Source of the DNA: Dipteris shenzhenensis
Taxonomy: Eukaryota
DNA: 64,000 nt
Assembly: GCA_047967505.1 (NCBI GenBank)
Contig: CM106538.1
Direction: 5' to 3' (one strand)
Positions 12,171 through 25,571 of this stretch are shown in pieces. Every line of letters begins with the position of its first letter. Within the stretch, counting starts at the first letter, position 1. Made by a program: the position numbers and the translations under genes. Below the pieces are notes generated by a model, which was not told where the DNA came from, did not search any database, and saw only the letters and a program-made list of their open reading frames with translations.

Positions 12171-13697
12171 AACTGTGAATGCTAAAAAGTCATGTGCACA
12201 TGATTGTAAAAAGGGAAAAATATATAACAGCACAAACGATGCGAGTCAGTGTGAACAAGAAGAAAAAGATGGCTGTTATACCACATTGAAGGAACCAAGC
12301 AATGCTCCAAATGATTTTGGGTACATCAACATGCAAGTAGCAATAATAGATTGTTTTGGGAACTTCAAGGCAATGATTACAGGCCAAGCAATGATGCTGT
12401 GGGGTACAGACTGCTCAAACTGCAATGGTGTAAAAGGCTGAAAACCAGAAGTATGGTGGCGAGCATCTGCCATAAAGCCTCTGCCTGGCACAGGGAATCC
12501 ATCTTGGCTGTCCAAATGATCCCATGCTGGGGTACGGGCTGATTGCCTTTGTTTGGAAGTGCATGTGTGGCAACTTGGCTTAATTGCTGGTCAATTTGCT
12601 GGGAGATTTGCTAACCAAGTTGCTGCTCCAGTTGCAGAAATGTACCCTGAATCATGGAGGACAAGGCCTCAAAAAACTGTCCCTGTATATGAGCAGATGC
12701 ATCAGATCGAGGACAGGTAGAAACCTGTAGGTGCTCACTGCTCCCACTGTCGAAGGTGTTTTCTCATGTTGAACAGCAGTACTATCACTGCCAAGTAGTA
12801 ACTCCTCAAAACAGGGCAAACACTTGGGTGACATGGTAAGTTGTCTAATGCAAAGAAAAGTCCAAATGTGGCTAGACTCTTGCAAGAAGATCCCAATCGG
12901 ACAGACAGGGCTGCCCCACAAGTGAGTGCTACCGTGGTGCAATGAAGGAATGGGGCTGAAAAAAACCTTGTAAGAGCTTGTAAAGACCTTCAGAAATGTG
13001 TTGTAAAGGCTTGAAATTCTAGTGGTGGCTTTTTTTGACAACAATGTCACCTAAGACACTTAGGACTCTTGGACTAAGATAACTAGGATAGCTTGGACCC
13101 TTAGTATAGTTAGGACACTTAGGCAGCAAGCATCAACGCCAATTGCCAGTGTTTTGTCCAGCTTCTCTGGCTGCCAGCTGCGGCTGAAGGTAGAAGCAGG
13201 CAATGATTTCAAGCAGCCGTCAGCTAACTTAAGAATTTTCATCCGCTAGCCGCTCGTACACTCCACCAATCTCGCGTTGCCCATCAATTTGCATCAGCCA
13301 CCGGTTAGAAAGGGCTTTGATACCAATGTAGAAAAGATTGTGAGCGTAGATCTGGAGAGGGGAGTAGAATAGCAGAAGGGAGGTGAGAGGAAGGAGGAAG
13401 AGGGAGACAGAAAAGGGGTAGGAGAGAGAATGAGAGAGAGAGATGGGAGTGAGGGGCAGAGGGAGAGAGTGTGGAGGAACGTAGGAGGAGAGTAGTCCAA
13501 AGGTACCTACAAAAGAAGAGAGGTGGGCTTATAGAGTCCTCAACTTATATCCCTTTAGCCCTGGTAGTGCTATTCCTAAACCCTGAAACTTGGCCTGATG
13601 TTGGCCTTCATTACATTTTGTGGGACACTGTTTGGGCAGTGTCAATCCCAGGTCTTCAATGTGCAAGAAGCATGCAGAAAATGGAGAAGCACCTGCA
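12171..13697 (-). mobile_element. Old LTR retrotransposon 5' part (LTR about 13327-13697, PBS, unreadable gag/pol), probably gypsy and host of the copia insertion
   Basis: Minus strand TGCAGG...CTACA followed by TTGGTATCAAAGC. Left of the copia, the minus strand reads DHHQIEFTP (about 6970-6995), resembling the gypsy pre-RT motif. Confidence 0.55.
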
Positions 13698-14051
13698 AGG
13701 AAAAATGTTGGGGGCAAAGATTTTGGGCGGGCTGGGCAGTGGTGTGAACTTCAGACGTTTGTGGGATCAATCCAAGTCTGTTTGAACTATTTTCCATTTC
13801 CAATTTTTGTATTCCACCTGTGCAGAATGTTTATTGCAGAAAGGAACAAAATTCTGGACTGTCATGGTTGAAGCGGATTTCTATTTCTCCTTTTCTAATC
13901 AATTATATATGTAAGAAGTAAATGTGCAATATTGTGAGCTCCGTGTATTAATCTCATTTGATACAAATGTGATAGGACGACTTAGGATATGTTATCTTCT
14001 GACCTTAAAAGGACTAATGTTACTCAGGGTAAAGGGTGAGAAACACTGCAG

Positions 14052-15304
14052 GGAAGTGCTGTGGTTGATCACACAACGGGGCTGAAGAAAATTCTGGAGC
14101 TCTTGCGCTTGGATAAGAGCCATAAAGATGGCATATGTGCTGTTGGTCACCGAGTTGTACATGGAGGGGAGCAGATGACACAGCCAATGCTTGTTACGGA
14201 AGAGGTTAAGAAAGGAATTGAACGAGCCATTCCCCTTGCTCCTCTTCACAATCCTCCAAATCTTGAGGTATTTGATTGCAAACAATTATTCTTGACTTTG
14301 AACTGCAGGAATTAAGTCCATCTGGATGAGTCAGATTCTATATTAGTCTTTCTTTGGTTCAGATATCATGATGGCCATATTGCACATGATTTGCACCCTG
14401 ACGGTAACAAATTCTGCCTTCTGTGCAGGGTATCCGGGTTGCAGAGCAGCTATTTGATTGTCCTCAAGTGGCTGTGTTTGATACAGCTTTCCATTCAACA
14501 ATGCCTGCATGTGCATATATGTATGCACTTCCATACAATTATTATGAAGAGCTTGGTTTACGAAGGTATGGATTTCATGGAACAAGTTATGAATATCTTC
14601 TTGGAGAAGCAGGGAAACACCTTGGTAAGTCTAAGGAGGAGTTGAATTTAATAGTTTGCCACCTTGGGGCTGGGGCCAGTATGGCCGTAATCAAGGGTGG
14701 GAAGTGTGTTGATACCACAATGGGTGTGACTCCTTTGGAGGGCTTGGTGATGGCAACTAGATGTGGTGATATTGACCCAGCAATTTGTGAAATTTTGGAA
14801 ACTCGCAAGGGTCTTACATTAAATCAGATAGGCACCATTTTAAACAAAGAAAGTGGTATATTCGGTATTTGTGGGGAGAAAGATATGAGGTCAGTGATAG
14901 ATTTGTCAGAAGCTGGTAGTGAGAGGCACAGATTAGCATTACAGGTTTATGTGCACCGCATTCGCAAGTATCTTGGAGCATATTATTTGAATCTTGGTGG
15001 CAAAGTTGATGCTCTCATTTTTAGTGCAGGCATAGGAGAACGGTCTGCAAGTGTACGTGAAATGGTTTGCACTGATCTTGACATGCTTGGCCTGAGTATT
15101 GATCAAATAAAGAATCAGGGTGAAGGAAGAGGCTTTCGAGAGATTCAAGCAGACAATTCAAGGGTTAAAGTGCTTGTCATTCCAACTGATGAAGAGCTTT
15201 GCATTGCTCAACAGACCTTGAAAGTTGTCAAAGAGTCAATGCTAATGCCCGAGGAAGAAAGCAAGTGTGGGAACTTACCCTCTCCTATTAAGGAATCTGA
15301 TTGA
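14052..15304 (+). CDS. ACK: Acetate kinase (acetate/propionate kinase family), last two exons: about 14052 (or 14028)-14267 and 14429-15304; N-terminal exon(s) not found
   Basis: Signature motifs [73 protein letters not shown] and [10 protein letters not shown]. Phase-0 GT-AG intron 14268-14428 joins NPPNLE to GIRVA; stop at 15302-15304. Confidence 0.93.
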
Positions 15305-16275
15305 GCAAGGTAATGATGATCAGAATTTGCAGATGTTCACATCAGGTAGCTCCTTTGGACAGGGAGATCTGCTGTGGATGATGTATCGTGGCCAAATTGA
15401 TGTAGGGGACACGGAAAACCTTGATACCAGTACGAACATTGCTTATGGTGCATCTTGGATGCTACCTTCATGCAGATGCAGATACTTTCTATGAATGTTT
15501 GCCTACAAAGATGCTGGAATGGTGTTATAGAGATAGTGTTCTCATTGTTTTGAATAGAAACAGGGTGTGCTTGTCATGTAAAAGCACTTGTTACCAACAA
15601 GTAGTAGTGAGAAAAAGCTTATGCTAGCTTCTAATACCCATCATAAACAGACATTACATGAGAAAGAGATGGAAGTGTGAAGCTTTTCAGTCCTGAACTT
15701 TTCTTGAATAATAGTAGTGAACTGGCAAAGCTTTTGGACATATTGATGGACCCAGCCTCATGGGAGTCGAACTTTTTCTTTTTTGCTCATTTTCTTTATT
15801 TTTTGCCTTTGTGTGTTGTGGGGGGGGAGGGACAAAGGGGGCGATCTGTCCGGAGGTTAAAACTGCACTTTCCGTTTTGCTTGTAGAGGAAGAGGTTGGG
15901 CATATTCATAGGTTTATCTTTTGTTGTATTGGCGGACGTGCAAATATAACCTTGTAAAGTTTTCGTCAAAATTGTGGCTTGCTGATATTGCCTTAATTCT
16001 TTCTGTTTGTAGTGGTGCCTTGCCTTGTCAACTATTTCTTCTAAGCTATTTTACTTAGAATTGTACGTTTGGGAGAGACTAAAGGGAAATGGTGTTGTCT
16101 TCACAAGTAGTTGTAGCTTGGATGAAGAAGAGGATGGGAACTACTTTTTTGCTTAGCCTTCTCCTTAAGTGGTGGCCTTTGTCAACCGAACAGCAAAAAA
16201 TTCTTGCCAGAGGAACACACACACACACACACACACACACTTTTGCGGAAAACCATAATCAATATCCAAACACAC

Positions 16276-17430
16276 TTTTTTTTTGTGGAATCTTTGAGTC
16301 ATTGTATTATAAAAGAAGCTATCCTAGAAAGGGGAGAGCTATAATACATCAAGAGAAAATCTCATTGTAGGATAAAAATATACATCATGATCAAAGACAC
16401 GAGATTGCAAGCAATCAAAAGCAATTGTTGCAAAGAGCAAGCAATCAAAAGCAATTGTTGCAAAGAGTGTTTGAAGAAACAGAAAGTGGAAAAAATAGGA
16501 TCAGTAAAGACCCTATGATTGCGATCCTTCCAGAGTGCCCAGTACCGAATCCAAACAAAAAAGAAATCAAACTCTTGTCTAGGTGGATGTACACCAAAAA
16601 GCTAGAGGAACTTGCCAAAAGCAATATGAGAAAATCGAGCTCTTAAAATCTACCCAAGGAACTGCTCGAGAGGAAGGACAACGCCAAAAGAGATGAGGCA
16701 CAGTCTCTCTCGGAGCTAGACATATGTGACAAATAGAGGAAGCAATATGTCGTCGTGCCAAGAGTTGTCCATGAGGAAGAACAACCAACAAAGCTCTCGA
16801 CAAGAAAACCTGCTGACGGAGAGGAATCTTAGAATGCCAAATTTGTCTCAAACGTTTCCGCCACCATTTCATAGGACGATTTAGATGCCAAAGCTGATTT
16901 GCCTTTTGTGAGAGAAATAGCGGAGGAAGTAGAACTTTATAAAGAGAAGAGACAGTAATATGTGCAAACTGTAGAGGACGGTATGACAAGCCCACAGAAG
17001 AAAGTGTCTAGTCTTGAAGACGATCTTGTAGATGCGATGGAGGAACCGGCTGAAAGACTGGAGCATCAAAGTAAGCTTATGCCAAAGTGGACAATAATGC
17101 ATTCCAAGGCCAAATTTGGCAACGGCCAAAGGAAAAGTAAGGGGAATTCTAGCATCATCATCAACATCCTGAACCAAACGAATCCCCTTGAGACTCAAAA
17201 AATACGAATGTCGAGGCTCTTGCAAAGCCAAAGGAAGGGCGAACACTCTAGACTAATGTATACTTTTAGCTTTGAAAGAGTTGCCTTGCAAGGAATCATT
17301 GCCATGCCAATCCAAGTGAGAAAGGATATGTTATCAATCCATCAACAAGTGGGAAACCAAGGGTGTTACGCTCTAGCTGAGGTAGCATGACCTCGGAAGA
17401 ATCAGTCGACATTTCCCTTAAAGGATCTAT
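16276..17430 (-). mobile_element. LINE (L1-like) 3' remnant with zf-RVT-type zinc finger
   Basis: CHICLAPRETVPHLFWRCP preceded by IWHSKIPLRQQVF; oligo(A) tail on the minus strand at about 16276-16284; 5' side abuts the gypsy LTR. Confidence 0.8.
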
Positions 17431-17433
17431 CTT

Positions 17434-20400
17434 TGTAATATATTTGTTTGCGCTTCATGTAAATGATTGGGAGGGAATTAATGTCGAGGTCCTAGGTGAG
17501 GGCTGATAGCACCAGACTAGGTAGATCTAAGGCCAAGGGCCTAATGCAAAGATTGTGCCTAGGGGCAAAGGATTTAATGCATCCCAAGAGAGGGGTGAAG
17601 TGTTGCATTAGGAAGGCCCTATATGGACGACATGTGGCATCTAGATCTATCTAGGGAGTTGGGGCTTGTTGAGGCTAGAAAGGGAAGAGAAGGATTTCAC
17701 GTATGGTTTTTTTGATCGGAATTTCTCTGTCTGCTCGTTAGCTTTAACAAGGTTGGCTGGGAGGATATACATGGTGCTGCTCCCGTGATCTGCAGTAGGA
17801 ATTAGATAGCTAGTCTTTACATTTGGTATCAGAGCCCAAGGCTACGAATTGGAGGGGATTGCACGACGATGACGAATGGATGAGTGAAGTGCGTGGGAGC
17901 GTGGAGTGATTCGGCTGCTCATAAACCCCATGCGACGGGCTGATCGCAATGACGCTGCGATGTGACGAAACCGTTGATGACCAGGGAGCTCTCTTCGACC
18001 TCCATTAGTTTCGTGTTGTTTTTTTTCTTCCTTGATTTAGTCGGGGGATGCTCTACTTTCATAGATAGGATCTTGAGAGTAATCAGCTTGCATGAGGCTT
18101 TGATGTTGTAGCAGGGACAGATCATGCCTGTGCATATGCCTATGTGCTACAGTTTGAGTTAGTTGCAAGAATTTCCCTAGTATAGGGAAAAGCGCGGTCT
18201 CAGATAAATGCCTGGTCAGTGTGCATGTGGGATTGTAGGAATTCCCTAGTATAGGGAATTGTGTTAGACTGTTAGTACACTGACTTGTGTCAGCTTGCAA
18301 ATACAGCTTTCTAGCGGTGGTTAAATAAAAAAAAAAAAAACCCCACAAATCAAACCAAAACAAAACAAAGCAAAACACCCATTGGACTAAATGGAAGCAG
18401 AAGAAGGGGCTTCCAGGAGGGACCCTGGTGAATCAGGAGTCCGGCCGACCCAGCAGGTGTTGCGCCCAGTAGCTCATACTTTATCTGGCAGGATTGCATT
18501 GCTGGAGGATGCCTTGCAACAATTGTTAGCGCAGCAATTACAGGCCAATGCAGGGCAGTTCGAACTTAGGAGAACAATACAAAGTATGTCTGCCAGACCT
18601 TCTCGAGAGGAGAAGGGAAAGGCTCCAATGGAACCGGAGTCTAGTGTCCATACGGTCAAGCCTAGGAAGGCTAAAGTGCCAAATATTGCCAATTACAGAT
18701 CGGAAAAGTATTCTGGTCGGATGAACGACGGTAGCTCCGATGTCATCGAGACCTGGTTACACAAATGGGACGAGGCGTTCGCCATTTGTGAAATCAGAAA
18801 TGACATCAAGAAGATCCGTGAGGCCACCCACATGTTTAGTGAGGCAGCGGATCGGTGGTGGATTAAACAACAAAAAGATGGTATAGCATCCACTACCTGG
18901 GAGGAGTTTAAAAGAGAGTTTAGGAAACACTTCTACCTCCTGACGAAGCATCCCGAGCTTGGGATCAATATAGGAATCTTCGTCAGAGAAATTTATCGGT
19001 GGCAGAATACATTGATAAGTTTCGAGAGAGTGTAATAAAAAGGTTGATGAACCCCTGCCTCAATCAATCCAAGTGAAAGATTTCATATTTGGATTGAATG
19101 ATCGAATAAAAATGGAAGTTCGGGCTAAGTACGCGAACACGTTAGATGATGCAATAGCTATAGCCTTGAACTATGAGGATGCCAAGGGTAGCAAGCCAAG
19201 TGGGTTTGCACATGTCGGAACCCAGTATGGGTATCCGAAGAAATCTGGGTTTAAGAAGAAATGGACTAGTAGAGGGAGTGGTTCTCAGCCGAGTGGTCAA
19301 GCCAAGCAGGCGAAACCGGCTGAAACTCCTAAACCAAGTACCACCATTGGAGTGAAAATGAAAGTAACCCCAATGGCAACTCGGGCTTGGTCTAAGTCTC
19401 CCTTGAACCCAGAACAAAGGGAAAAAGCGAGGAGAGAAGGCTTATGTTTTGGTTGCCTTCAGCCTCATTAGTGGAAGGATTGTCCACGTAACAAAGATCG
19501 TCGGATGGCTGAGATGGTGATCTCAGAGTGCGACGTGGAGATGGAGGGAAGTCCCAGAGCGAAAGAGATGCACATTTAGCTAGCGGGATCTTCTCAGAGG
19601 TTAGTACCTTGTTTGTTATGTGTGTCTGTTGCTAAGCTAGTGACGAGTGCACCTGATAACATCCTATCTAAGCCCGTAGCAACGGGTTATACAGCCTTTA
19701 ATGATACGGAGTTAATTAAAATGAAAGGGCAAGTGGCCAATCATGATGTCATTGTGTTGTTTGACTCGGCGTCAACTCACAATGTGATTAACTCCAAGCT
19801 CGTGAAGAGGCTGAAACTAAAGACAAGTCCATCTGACTATGCGTATATAGTCAGGATGGCAGATGGAAGTTCAATTGAAGTATGGGACCAAAGGGTTACC
19901 CAGTTGGAGCTTCATATTCAGGACTATGCTGAGAAGCTTGATTTTGAGATGACCAAGCTTGCTCATGCAGATATAGCCTTGGGTATGGCATAGCATTCTA
20001 AGAAGAATCTAGCCATTGATTGGAAAAAGCACGTATATCAGTTCAAGATGAATAATGTGCTTTATACCTTGCGAGGTGAAAAAGATATACCTCAGGGACC
20101 GTTGGTTTCTGTGATGGAAATCCGAAAAGCTCAAGTAGAGTTTTTATTCCTTTGCACAGCATCGGTAGAGCCGGTTGATGATTCTTCGGCTAGCACTGAT
20201 GTTACGCAGTGGTGAGATGGCCAAGCTGGCTAATCTTATAACAGAGGAGTTCTCTGAATGTTTTAGGGATGAACTACCTTATGGGTTACCTCCAGAGCAG
20301 AATGTCCAGCATAAGATTGAACTGATTCCGGGGGCAGAACCTGTAAATAGACCTCCCTATAGAATGAGTTTTATTGAAGAGGCAGAGGTGCGTAGACAAT

Positions 20401-22846
20401 TGGAAGAATATCTCAACTTGGGGCAGATTCAACCAAGTTTCTCACCTTTTGCTTCCCCAGTGATATTAAAGAAGAAAAAGGATGATACGTTTCGCCTCTG
20501 TATAGATTACAGAGCATTGAATAATATCACTCTTAAGCACAGGTATCCGATGGCTCGGATTGATGATTTGCTAGATGCATTACATGGAGCCGTGATTTTC
20601 AGCAAGATAGATCTTAAGTGTGGCTACCATCAGATCCGGATTAGAGCCGAGGATGTGCATAAAACTGCTTTCAGAAGCAAGTTTGGTCATTATGAGCTTT
20701 TGGTAATGCCCTTCGGACTTACCAATGCTCCAGCGACATTCGTCATGCTTATGAACGATTTACTCCGTCCGTATATCGGAAAGTTCATAGTACATTTTAT
20801 TGACGATATCCTGATATTCAGTAAAAGTATTACTGAGCATCATGAACACTTAAGAGTAGTGTTCAGTACTTTGAGGAAAGCCAGTCTTTATGTAAATAAA
20901 AAGAAAACTATACTGTGTATGGTTAGGCTTGAATATTTAGGATTCATAGTTACTCCAGAGGGGGTAGAAATGGATCCAAAGAAAGTGGCTGTGATACTAA
21001 CTTGGCCAATCCCTCAGAGTCTGACCGCGCTGCAATCATTCTTGGGGTTTGTCCAGTTTTATAGAAGGCATATCAAAGGATATTCCGGAATAGTATCGCC
21101 ATTGACTGATCTGACCTCAGATAAAGTACCTTTTATTTGGGGACAGAATCAAGAAGAAAGTTTTAACACCATAAAACAAGCTGTGGTCACAGGACCGGTG
21201 TTAAAAATAGTTGATCCCCAGAAACCGTTGTTCCTAGAAACCGATGCAAGTGGCATTGCGGTAGGGGCAGTTCTCCTCCAAGAGGGAAGGCCAGTAGCCT
21301 TTGAAAGCAAGAAGCTTTATCCCTCTCAAAGGAATTGGCCAACTCATGAATTGGAGTTGTATGCTGTTATCCATGCTTTGAAAACATGGAGGCATTATTT
21401 GTATGGTTCAGAGTTTTATGTGGATGTGGATCATGATACTCTGAAACATTTTACTAAACAACCTGACTTGAGGGGCTACCAAGCTAGGTGGGCAGAGCTC
21501 ACGCAGGAGTTTAATTTAACGATTCGATACCGAAGAGGAAAAGACAATAAGGTTGCTGATGCGTTGTCTCGCATTATGCACAACCTGAGTTTCATGGTAT
21601 TAGAGAGTGCTCTAATGACCGAGATTAGAGAAACTCAAAAGGTGGACAAGTTTGTCCAGAGCTTATGGCCTAAAGCTCATGTATCAAAACCCGGGGAAAA
21701 TGAAAAGGATGACCTGGCATCCAGAAAAGGCCAAACTTATGCAAGATATACCATAAGGGATGGTATGCTAAAAAGAAATGGCAAGGTTGTAGTGCCTAGT
21801 CAAAATGATCTCAGGCTGAGAGTCATTCGACAGTGCCATGATAGCCCATGTGCGGGACATCCAGGAGTCGAGAAGACATATGATCTCGTGAAGCGAGATT
21901 TCTTTTGGCCAAAGATGAAAAAGCATATTCATGAATATGTGACACGGTGTTTCTCGTGTCAGGTAAGCAAGGCCGAGCTGGTGAAGCCACCCGGACTTTT
22001 ACAGCCCTTGGAAATACCACTAAGTGGGAGAGCATTTCCATGGACTTTATGGTAGGGCTGCCTATGACACAAGGAGGGTATGATTCTATCGTTGTGGTGG
22101 TTGATCGTCTAACCAAGATGGCTTACTTCATTCCGACTAAAGAGTCTGTTAGTGCCCCGTAAGTGGCGGATTTGTTCATTAGACATATTTCGTCTGCATG
22201 GATTGCCTAGATCCATAGTATCAGACAGAGATGTCAGATTTACAGGTCATTTTTGGACAGCGGTATTTGAGACACTAAGGACTGAGTTGGGAATGAGTAG
22301 TGGGGATCATCCTGAGACGGATGGTCAAACGGAGAGAGTTAACCAGACTTTAGAGGATATGCTGAGAGCATATGTGTCATTGAGGCAACATACGTGTGAC
22401 AAGTGGTTGCCATTGTTGGAGTTTGCCTACAATGATAGAAAACATTCCTCTACCAGGTTCAGTCCGTTTGAGCTGAACTATGGTTATAGACCAGCAAATC
22501 CAACTATAGTTGGAGTACCTTAGAAAGTGCCTAGTGCCGCGAACTTTGTGGCTCAGATGCGGGAGATGCTAGCACTTGCGAGAGCTAATATCCACCAGGC
22601 TATGAATAGAACCAAGGTGTATGCGGATGAAAACCGGTCTATAAGAGTATTTAAGGAAGGAGAAAAAGTTTTTCTCAGAGTTCCTTCGCACTCAAAGTTG
22701 TCGACTTCAGGAGAGTGTGCTAAGTTATCACCTCGATACTGTGGGCCGTGGTTAATTCTAAAGAGAATAGGTAAGGTAGCCTATAAATTAGAATTGCCAC
22801 AGGGGTGTAAGGTGCACCCGGTTTTTCATGTTTCGTGCTTAAAGAA
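17434..22846 (+). mobile_element. Ty3/gypsy retrotransposon (chromovirus-like pol), 3'-truncated
   Basis: 5' LTR 17434-17821 (TGTAA...TTACA), PBS TGGTATCAGAGC at 17824. Gag from 18391 with CFGCLQPH knuckle, protease LFDSASTHN, RT FIDDILIFS, RNase H ETDASG, integrase HPETDGQTERVN. Homology ends abruptly after VHPVFHVSCLK. Confidence 0.96.
18391..22846 (+). pseudogene. gag-pol polyprotein with stops and frameshifts
   Basis: Consecutive ORF fragments 18391-19035, 19073-19471, 19613-19993, 20175-22055, 21947-22162, 22152-22523 and 22527 onward, in gypsy domain order. Confidence 0.92.
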
Positions 22847-23044
22847 CATTAGGAAAAAAGGGAGCTCATTTTGGGGCCTTTTAGAAGAGAGAGAAAATAG
22901 GCTCCCAACCAATCAGGAGTGGGCCAACATAACGTTGAAAATTCAACAAAAGAAGATGAAAATAAGAAAAATAAATAGTACTATATGTTCGTAGAAGCAT
23001 GTCACATTAATGAGGTGATCTAATTTGAATATTTTAAAAATTTA

Positions 23045-23247
23045 TTTTCTGTGCAGAATTTGGTGATTTTGACATCGCAAACGCATTCGGAACGGCCCAA
23101 AACCCCAAAAACGGCACTGGAAACGTTGGAATTGGACATCCGGAGGCCCGAAAACGGCCAAAAAAGGCCGAAAAGTGAGATTTGCAGCAAAACGCGATTT
23201 GGCACCTTTTGAAATCGTGTCAGAATCACCAAATTCTGCACAGAAAA
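23045..23247. repeat. 30-bp inverted repeat pair, 143-bp spacer
   Basis: TTTTCTGTGCAGAATTTGGTGATTTTGACA (23045-23074) versus TGTCAGAATCACCAAATTCTGCACAGAAAA (23218-23247); 1 mismatch. Confidence 0.92.
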
Positions 23248-24551
23248 GTGTTCCTCTTATATGAACATATGTTATGAGTATGTTATTACAAGGATTCAAG
23301 TAGGGATGTCACTCCCCGTGTATGTGGCATTCTTCTTGTATATTCAAGGAACAGTTGGTGTAGGGGCTCAATCGAAGAGGTAGAAAGCTTGAAATAATAA
23401 TTGTTGAACCTCTACCTCGATAGCCATGCTTTACAAAATAGCACCCAAGTTGGTTATGCTTCATAAACCTCCATTGGCTAACCATTGGCCTCTTCAAAGT
23501 ATTTAATATCATGACAAAAACTTCAATCGACCTCTTCTCCAACCAGTCGACTTTCTCGTACCTCGACACTAATTTTCATCTATTTTCATCAATCAAAGAC
23601 CACTAATGTGTATAGCCATGTGCTATAATATGGCCGCCTTTCATAATCTTCACAACCTTCTAGAGTGTCTATCATGACCCTATAAAATGTATTGTATATA
23701 GCACCACTTGTGAAAAGAGCCTGTGTGGATCATGTGGCCAATATTACCCTCTACATACATTATGATTGTGTGCATGGGTCCTATGGTCAATATCTCATTT
23801 GTAAAAAAACCACCACACTGACATTTTCAATGACACTTTTTATTACTCTTAACATTGGAAAACATGCCGTCAATGGTTGCTATATCAAGAATTTGGGAGT
23901 CTCTCCATTATAGAAGTTTTCCAATTCCTATATGTCAATAGTATCTAAATAGAAGTGACTCATGGTGCATCCATAGTCCTCATTATCCGGAAGTGTCCCC
24001 AATTCTTGCTCAAGCAATATTGAACATAAGGACAAATCTACCAAAACTAACTATGTGTGCATAGTTTGTTAACCCTATGTTGCCTTTCCAATAGAAATCC
24101 TTTTGGTAGTGTACCTTTGTCAACCCTATGCTATCTTTCCAATAGTAATCCCTTTGGTAGTGTACATTCTAGTATGGATTCACCAAAAAAAATAATAGTT
24201 TACACATGTGTTTGTAGTTATAATCCTTGCCACAACACAAAGTGCATTATATAATGTACATTCAAATCAATTTATGTGCCTCTTTATCCCAATTTTTGGA
24301 ACATTTGAAACACATGTCATTGTGTAAGTAATAAATTAACCATACAATTATCTCCATCATTTGGATAAAAAAGGTATACATGAGACACGACAAAAATATT
24401 TGAGATAACTAAATTGAATATTTTGACAAAATTGTTACAAATTGATAGTTTTTCTTAATATAGAGTTTGCAAAAAGTTATGACAAAAATTTAAAAAAAAT
24501 ATAATATTAAGTTTTCAAAAAAAAAAACCACAAGATTTGTAAAAAAGTGAT

Positions 24552-24720
24552 GAATCCATCAAGTAGTCTAGGTTCCTAGGTCAAGGTCCACTTACCTGCC
24601 ACCATCCAAAAAAAACTAGGTGTTAGAAAAACATAGTTTCATTTGGGTAGACAGGTAATGCCTATTTTCCCTAGCTTGTTATCATTTTACCTAAGAACTA
24701 GACATCCCTCTAGATTCTAG
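24552..24720. repeat. 169-bp conserved self-complementary module, copy 1
   Basis: Colinear homologue at 60092-60260; flanks are not similar. Confidence 0.9.
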
Positions 24721-24753
24721 AGTTTAAAAAATATGGTATATCTTCAAACACAT

Positions 24754-24903
24754 AGGGGGTATTTCACACCCATGAGAAACAAAACATATTGGGGGGTATT
24801 CCACGCCCAATGGTAAAAACCTAATCCTCTCATGAGAAAAAATCCCAAGGGTATTCCACACCCTTAAGTGAGGGAGACGATGAAGGGTGGTATTCCATAC
24901 CCT
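24754..24903. repeat. Four spaced copies of a GGGTATTCCACACCC-like motif
   Basis: Copies at about 24756, 24794, 24849 and 24888. Confidence 0.8.
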
Positions 24904-25522
24904 TAACACACAAGGACCATCTCAAAAAGGAAAAACAAAACAAATAAAAAAACTTACTCTAAAATAATAAAGCCTTTGCTTTAATAAAGGAAAAAGCAAT
25001 TTAATGAAGAATCTAAAATGAATAAAGTACTTAAAAGTATTTAATTGAACCGATTATGGGTTGGTAGTGAGGGGGTAATTGTATTAAGCACATTCAATTT
25101 AGAACAAAAAGAAAAATATTTGCATATAAAAGTTAAATGAGAATACCCATGAAGTTTGGGCTAACAAGAATAAGCAATAGGCATTTGGCAAATTAAACAA
25201 AGAAATCCCTAAGATATTTATAACAACAAATAAAGGTTGTATGGAAGGGAATTAATTTCGGAATGCCAATAGAATTTAAGATGGACATTACGAGTTAACT
25301 AAAGAACCAAAGAAAAACTTGGAAATTAAGAAGGAAACGTTAAGGAAAATAGGAAGAAAAAGGAAGGAAAAAATAACAAGTGAGTACAAGTACTCGTGAG
25401 CACTGCCTTCAAATTGGTTCTGTCAAAGGAAAACAATTGTCAAGATGATTGGATGATTAATTTGCAACACCTGTGATGGAAGCCTATGCATAGGAAAGTC
25501 TGAATGATTTGCAAATTCTCTA

Positions 25523-25571
<49 letters not shown>

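Noticed and set aside
13820-13885. Possible acetate kinase upstream exon (ATGGTTGAAGCGGATT, roughly MVERI)
   Set aside because: Needs a frameshift, lacks NxGSSS and a good donor site.
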